Positions 60,225-64,000 of a DNA stretch of 64,000 nucleotides are shown here, one piece after another. The translations under genes and the position numbers were made by a program. Each line of letters begins with the position of its first letter. Within the stretch, counting starts at the first letter, position 1. The notes beneath the pieces are model-generated. The model ran no database searches and was not told where the DNA came from. It saw nothing but the letters and a program-made list of their open reading frames with translations. The DNA is from an uncultured Ignavibacteriales bacterium (GTDB lineage: Bacteria; Zixibacteria; MSB-5A5; GN15; FEB-12): assembly GCA_964518635.1 (NCBI GenBank), contig CAZFGK010000016.1, positions 2,943-66,942 on the forward strand, in the 5' to 3' direction.

Positions 60225-61073
60225 TCACCCCTTCGGTTCAAGCATTCGTTTCATTTCCATGAGCGTCGTCGGGGCGTGGCCGGAGAAGTGGTTGTTGAAG
60301 AAGACAAAAATATCGAGCGTGTCGGTCGATTTGTGTGCGTAGGTTTTGAGCAAATTCGTCCAGTAACTCAACTCCTGCGTTCGGTTGATCTTCACATGGC
60401 TGAAATCTTCGGTCAGCACTTTGTGATCTCCCAGCATTCGCAGATAGTGAAATCGCCCCGTTTTGATATCGACTTTAGGCATCCAGGGATGATCGACTTG
60501 AGTAAATGGGATTTTCCGGCTGGTGAGAAGTTCGTAGGTCGCCCGCGTACACCATTTTCTATTTCGAAATTCGACAGCGATCTGGAGATCATCGGGGATA
60601 ACGTCCAATATAGCGAGAAGGTCCTCCGAGTGATCTGGCGTGAACGCGTACGGGAATTGCAGCAGCAACGGTCCGAGCTTCTCCTTGAGCCCTCGTATCG
60701 ACGCGAGAAACTGCTCGGCTTCGGCTTTCCGCTGATCCATCGTCAGCCATTTCGGTTGGGATGTCGGTTTCCCCCGTTCAGAATTGTACGCGCTGGTGAC
60801 ATGCCCCCCGTGAGTGACAGTCTGCGGGAACTTTGCGGCGAACTTGAATTCATCGGGGGTGATCGCGCGCCAGCGGTCGATCATACTCTTTGTTGGGATT
60901 CGATAAAAAGTCACATCCAGCTCAACACACGCCATTCTCTCGGCGTAGGATGCCAGCCAGTCGGTCGGTTTTGAGCTCTCCGGGTAGAAATTGCCGACCC
61001 AGTCTGCATAGCTAAAACCGGAAGTCCCCAGCCAGACGGTCGTTCGGTTATTCATCATCACTTTCATCTGCAC
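60225..61073 (-). CDS. DUF72 (YecE/YunF) family protein
   Basis: GTSGFSY.DW.G.FYP, VELD.TFYRIP, F.FAAKFP..VTH, LLQFP, AVEFRN, FFNNH..GHAP; start may be slightly downstream. Confidence 0.92.
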   Translation of the reverse strand: MQMKVMMNNRTTVWLGTSGFSYADWVGNFYPESSKPTDWLASYAERMACVELDVTFYRIPTKSMIDRWRAITPDEFKFAAKFPQTVTHGGHVTSAYNSERGKPTSQPKWLTMDQRKAEAEQFLASIRGLKEKLGPLLLQFPYAFTPDHSEDLLAILDVIPDDLQIAVEFRNRKWCTRATYELLTSRKIPFTQVDHPWMPKVDIKTGRFHYLRMLGDHKVLTEDFSHVKINRTQELSYWTNLLKTYAHKSTDTLDIFVFFNNHFSGHAPTTLMEMKRMLEPKG

Positions 61074-61199
61074 AAGATAGCACAGGAATTCGTTCCCTTC
61101 AGGTGAAAATCAGCACTGGTTCCAGCAGTTGATTCTGCGCTCTGGGGCTGCTATTTTCCCTGAAGTCAAAAGAATGCGACAGCCAACGAAGGATTGGAA

Positions 61200-62327
61200 A
61201 TGAAAGACAAACGCCACGACCGCCTTGCCGGAATCCTGATCGACTATTCCCTCGCCATCAAACCGAAAGAGACCCTCTACCTTGAGATAAAGGGGAAGGA
61301 AACCATCGAGCTTGGCAAGCAAGTGATCCGCATCGCCACCGAACGGGGGGCGAATGTCTTCTGGTACTACTCAGATGAATCAATCATGCGTCAATTTGTT
61401 GGCGCGGCAAATGACGACCAGATGAAATTGCAGTCTGATATGCATCTGAAGCTCATGCAATCCGCCGATTGTTATATCGGGCTGCGTGGCTCCGATAACC
61501 CGTTCGACATGGCCGATCTCGACCAGAAACGAGTCGAAGCCTACAACCGGATTTTCTACAAACCGGTCCATCTTGAACAGCGGGTGAAAAAGACTCGATG
61601 GGTGGTGCTGCGTTATCCAAACAATGCCATGGCGCAACTAGCGCAGACCTCGACTGAGAGTTTTGAGGATTTCTATTTCGATGTCTGCTGTGCGGACTAT
61701 CCGAAAATGGACAAAGCGCAGGAGCCGTTGCAGCAAATGATGATGCAGACCGACAAGGTCCGCATTGTCTCACCGGGGACTGATCTCCAGTTCTCCATCA
61801 AGAACATCCCGGCGAAAAAATGCGCGGGGAATCGCAACATCCCGGATGGGGAAGTATTCACTGCGCCGGTGCGCGATTCGGTGAATGGGACTATCCGTTA
61901 CAATACCCCTACGCTTTATCAGGGGAATCTTTTTACGAGCGTAACTCTCACCTTTGAAAAAGGAAAGATCATCAAGGCGACGGCTGATCAGAATCAGGAG
62001 AAGCTCGATCAGATTTTCAATACCGACGAAGGGGCGCGCTATGTCGGTGAATTCGCGATTGGGCTGAATCCGTTCATTCTGCACCCGATGAAGGACACTC
62101 TGTTCGACGAAAAAATCGCCGGTTCAATTCACTTTACGCCGGGGCAATGCTACGAAGAGACCGAAAACGGGAACCGTTCGGCGATCCACTGGGATATGGT
62201 CCTGATCCAGCGGAAAGATTACGGCGGCGGCGAACTCTGGTTCGACGACAAACTGATCCGCAAAGATGGGATCTTTACCGACGCAAAGATGGAAGCGAGT
62301 TTTAGTAAAGAATCGTTGAAGGGGTAG
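61200..62327 (+). CDS. Thermophilic metalloprotease (M29) aminopeptidase, AmpS/PepS-like
   Basis: NIPDGEVFTAP, DEGARYVGEFAIG.N, LFDEKIAGSIHFTPG..Y, N.SAIHWDMV. Confidence 0.93.
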   Translation: MKDKRHDRLAGILIDYSLAIKPKETLYLEIKGKETIELGKQVIRIATERGANVFWYYSDESIMRQFVGAANDDQMKLQSDMHLKLMQSADCYIGLRGSDNPFDMADLDQKRVEAYNRIFYKPVHLEQRVKKTRWVVLRYPNNAMAQLAQTSTESFEDFYFDVCCADYPKMDKAQEPLQQMMMQTDKVRIVSPGTDLQFSIKNIPAKKCAGNRNIPDGEVFTAPVRDSVNGTIRYNTPTLYQGNLFTSVTLTFEKGKIIKATADQNQEKLDQIFNTDEGARYVGEFAIGLNPFILHPMKDTLFDEKIAGSIHFTPGQCYEETENGNRSAIHWDMVLIQRKDYGGGELWFDDKLIRKDGIFTDAKMEASFSKESLKG

Positions 62328-62332
62328 GGGGG

Positions 62333-62763
62333 ATGGGACTTGATGATCAGTTTGACTGGTTCCATGACACATGGATAAGTAGTATTCAGTTTATTCACGA
62401 GAATGACGACGGCAACACTTCGCTTTCAGACCTAGTCATAAGCGCAGAATACTTGGACCAGAGTGGTGCGAGGGAGAAGTCAATATTCGACTGAGGGGCA
62501 TATTGGATATCACAGGCAATAAGTTTTGTACGATAAACCTTATCCTGAGAGTAAGAGTACTTGAAGCAGGATCATATGTTGTCGAAAACCTGAATGGCTT
62601 GCTTTCCAGTCATTATGACCCGGACCGCTCCAAATTCGAAGAGCTTCTTATTTATGCAACGAAGCATAACTACAAGCTGTTTGAACTAGACGCGACAGCG
62701 GGCCTCACCATCGTTGCGCTTTGCAAAGATGTAGTAGTCGAAAAAGTTGAGTTGATCGAATAG
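62333..62763 (+). pseudogene. Probably frameshifted hypothetical gene
   Basis: ORF 62333-62494 (MGLDDQFDWFHDTWISSIQF...) joins the frame of ORF 62503-62763 by a -1 shift near GCGAGGGAGAAGTC (about 62470). Confidence 0.45.
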
Positions 62764-62866
62764 TTTGGTAGCCCTGAGCACCCGCTCAGGGTTTCAGCTT
62801 GTTTTTTTCAGCTCTTTCACTTTCACTGACGAAACCTGTCTATACACCGCTACATTCTACTACGTC

Positions 62867-62936
62867 GGGTGGCCCGTGGGCTTGCCCCGGGTTCCCGTGA
62901 ACTCAAACGGCGGCACCGAAGACGGAGCCGCCCTCC
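62867..62936. repeat. GC-rich REP-like palindromes
   Basis: GGGTGGCCCGTGGG-CTTG-CCCCGGG and GGCGGC...GCCGCCCTCC hairpins in an intergenic region. Confidence 0.4.
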
Positions 62937-63153
62937 AGTTGGTGATTGCGAAGTGTTGGGGCAGAAGAAGGCATCTGCCCGTTCTTGTATTATGGATAGA
63001 GTTTGTAATAGCTCATCGAGCATCGCGAAACGAAGATAGATTGACTACCGAAAGGTTCATTGCCAACAGTCAGTGTGCGTCTTAAATTGAAGCTCGTCGA
63101 GACCGAATGGAATTGACGGCATTCAATCGCAAATCAAAGACAAGAGGTCTTTC

Positions 63154-64000
63154 ATGGTGCATCCGCGCCTGATACAAGGCGGCATGGGTATTGGAGTCTC
63201 TTCCTGGCAACTTGCTCGTGCGGTAGCGTGTGCGGGACAGCTCGGTGTGGTGTCCGGCACCTGTATCGATATTGTCTTTGCGCGTCAGTTACAACTCGGT
63301 GACCCGGACGGTCTCCTACGAGAGGCGTTATCACATTTTCCAAATCCCGCTTTGGCACAACGAATATTGAAACGGTATTTCAAGCCCGAAGGCATGGCAC
63401 CAACCGATTCATTCCGGAATCCGCTACAACTCACACTTGAGCCAAACCGGGATTCAATCGAGTTGATTGTCTGCGCGAATTTCTGTCAGATAAGGCTCGC
63501 CAAACAGGGACACAACGGTCTGGTCGGTGTGAACTATCTCGAGAAATTGCAATTGCCGCTTTTGCCGTCGATCTACGGGGCACTATTGGCGAACGTAGAT
63601 TATATCCTCATCGGGGCCGGTATTCCAAATCAGATCCCGGCAGTTCTTGAGCAATTGGCGCAGCATCAGGAAGCGAGTTATCGCGTCTTCGTGTCTGACT
63701 CCGCTCAATCGGATGATTTCCGAACTAGATTCAACCCCAGTGATATTCTTCAAAAACCGTCTCAAACTCTTTCCATTCCATATTTCCTTCCAATTGTCTC
63801 TTCATCTGTGTTGGCACAGCGCCTCATGAAAGCCGGTCGAATAGATGGCTTTGTTGTCGAAGGTCCGCTCGCTGGCGGACACAATGCTCCTCCTCGAGGG
63901 ACGTTGCAATTGACTGAAAAGGGTGAACCGCTCTACGGTGATAGAGATAATGTGGATTGTGAAAAACTGAAGGAACTTGGTCTTCCTTTCTGGCTTGCCG
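63154..64000 (+). CDS. Nitronate monooxygenase / 2-nitropropane dioxygenase family flavoprotein; runs off the window edge
   Basis: Manual translation: MVHPRLIQGGMGIGVSSWQLARAVA...GVVSGT...LQLGDPDG...GVNYLEKLQ...IGAGIP...DGFVVEGPLAGGHNAPPRG. Confidence 0.88.
   Translation, partial: MVHPRLIQGGMGIGVSSWQLARAVACAGQLGVVSGTCIDIVFARQLQLGDPDGLLREALSHFPNPALAQRILKRYFKPEGMAPTDSFRNPLQLTLEPNRDSIELIVCANFCQIRLAKQGHNGLVGVNYLEKLQLPLLPSIYGALLANVDYILIGAGIPNQIPAVLEQLAQHQEASYRVFVSDSAQSDDFRTRFNPSDILQKPSQTLSIPYFLPIVSSSVLAQRLMKAGRIDGFVVEGPLAGGHNAPPRGTLQLTEKGEPLYGDRDNVDCEKLKELGLPFWLA

Noticed and set aside
62765-63085. 106-aa ORF
   Set aside because: TTG start with no RBS, runs through palindromic repeats, and has no recognisable protein features.
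1-64000. CRISPR arrays, tRNA/rRNA genes, transposases
   Set aside because: No regularly spaced repeats, cloverleafs or transposase motifs were noticed by eye; tRNAscan and CRISPR finders would confirm.

Overview
64 kb of bacterial chromosome, mostly housekeeping genes on the + strand. The C-terminal CC..GNVD..DIGDLT.LVDHLF dockerin-like domains suggest candidate phylum Zixibacteria (inference). Content in order: dCMP deaminase, glnA, two Gly-rich lipoproteins, gatA-hydrolase-gatB-purN-purC-purH, a monoheme cytochrome-porin / Calx-beta cytochrome lipoprotein / YceI cluster, smg-coaBC-udg-dnaB-radA-tgt, ALDH-carbamate kinase-CCA enzyme-sucCD-ndk-mdh, ppi-dxr-rseP-lepB, ccmA-ccmB-ccmD, an S9 peptidase, a fused 2-oxoacid dehydrogenase E1, a TPR-ExbB-ExbD-ExbD-4xTonB cluster, two choice-of-anchor-B/cohesin/dockerin paralogs, DUF72, an M29 aminopeptidase and a partial nitronate monooxygenase. 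No rRNA, tRNA, CRISPR, transposase or integrase was recognised. Most unusual signals: (1) an unannotated minus-strand transcription unit near 32360-32547 with 17 nt complementary to the 16S rRNA 3' tail, a 12-codon ORF and an internal 16S-tail mimic; (2) a dnaB gene that is an AT-rich, CTAG-dense island in an otherwise ordinary operon; (3) the Cyc2-like cytochrome-porin module. All calls were made by eye, with no database searches.
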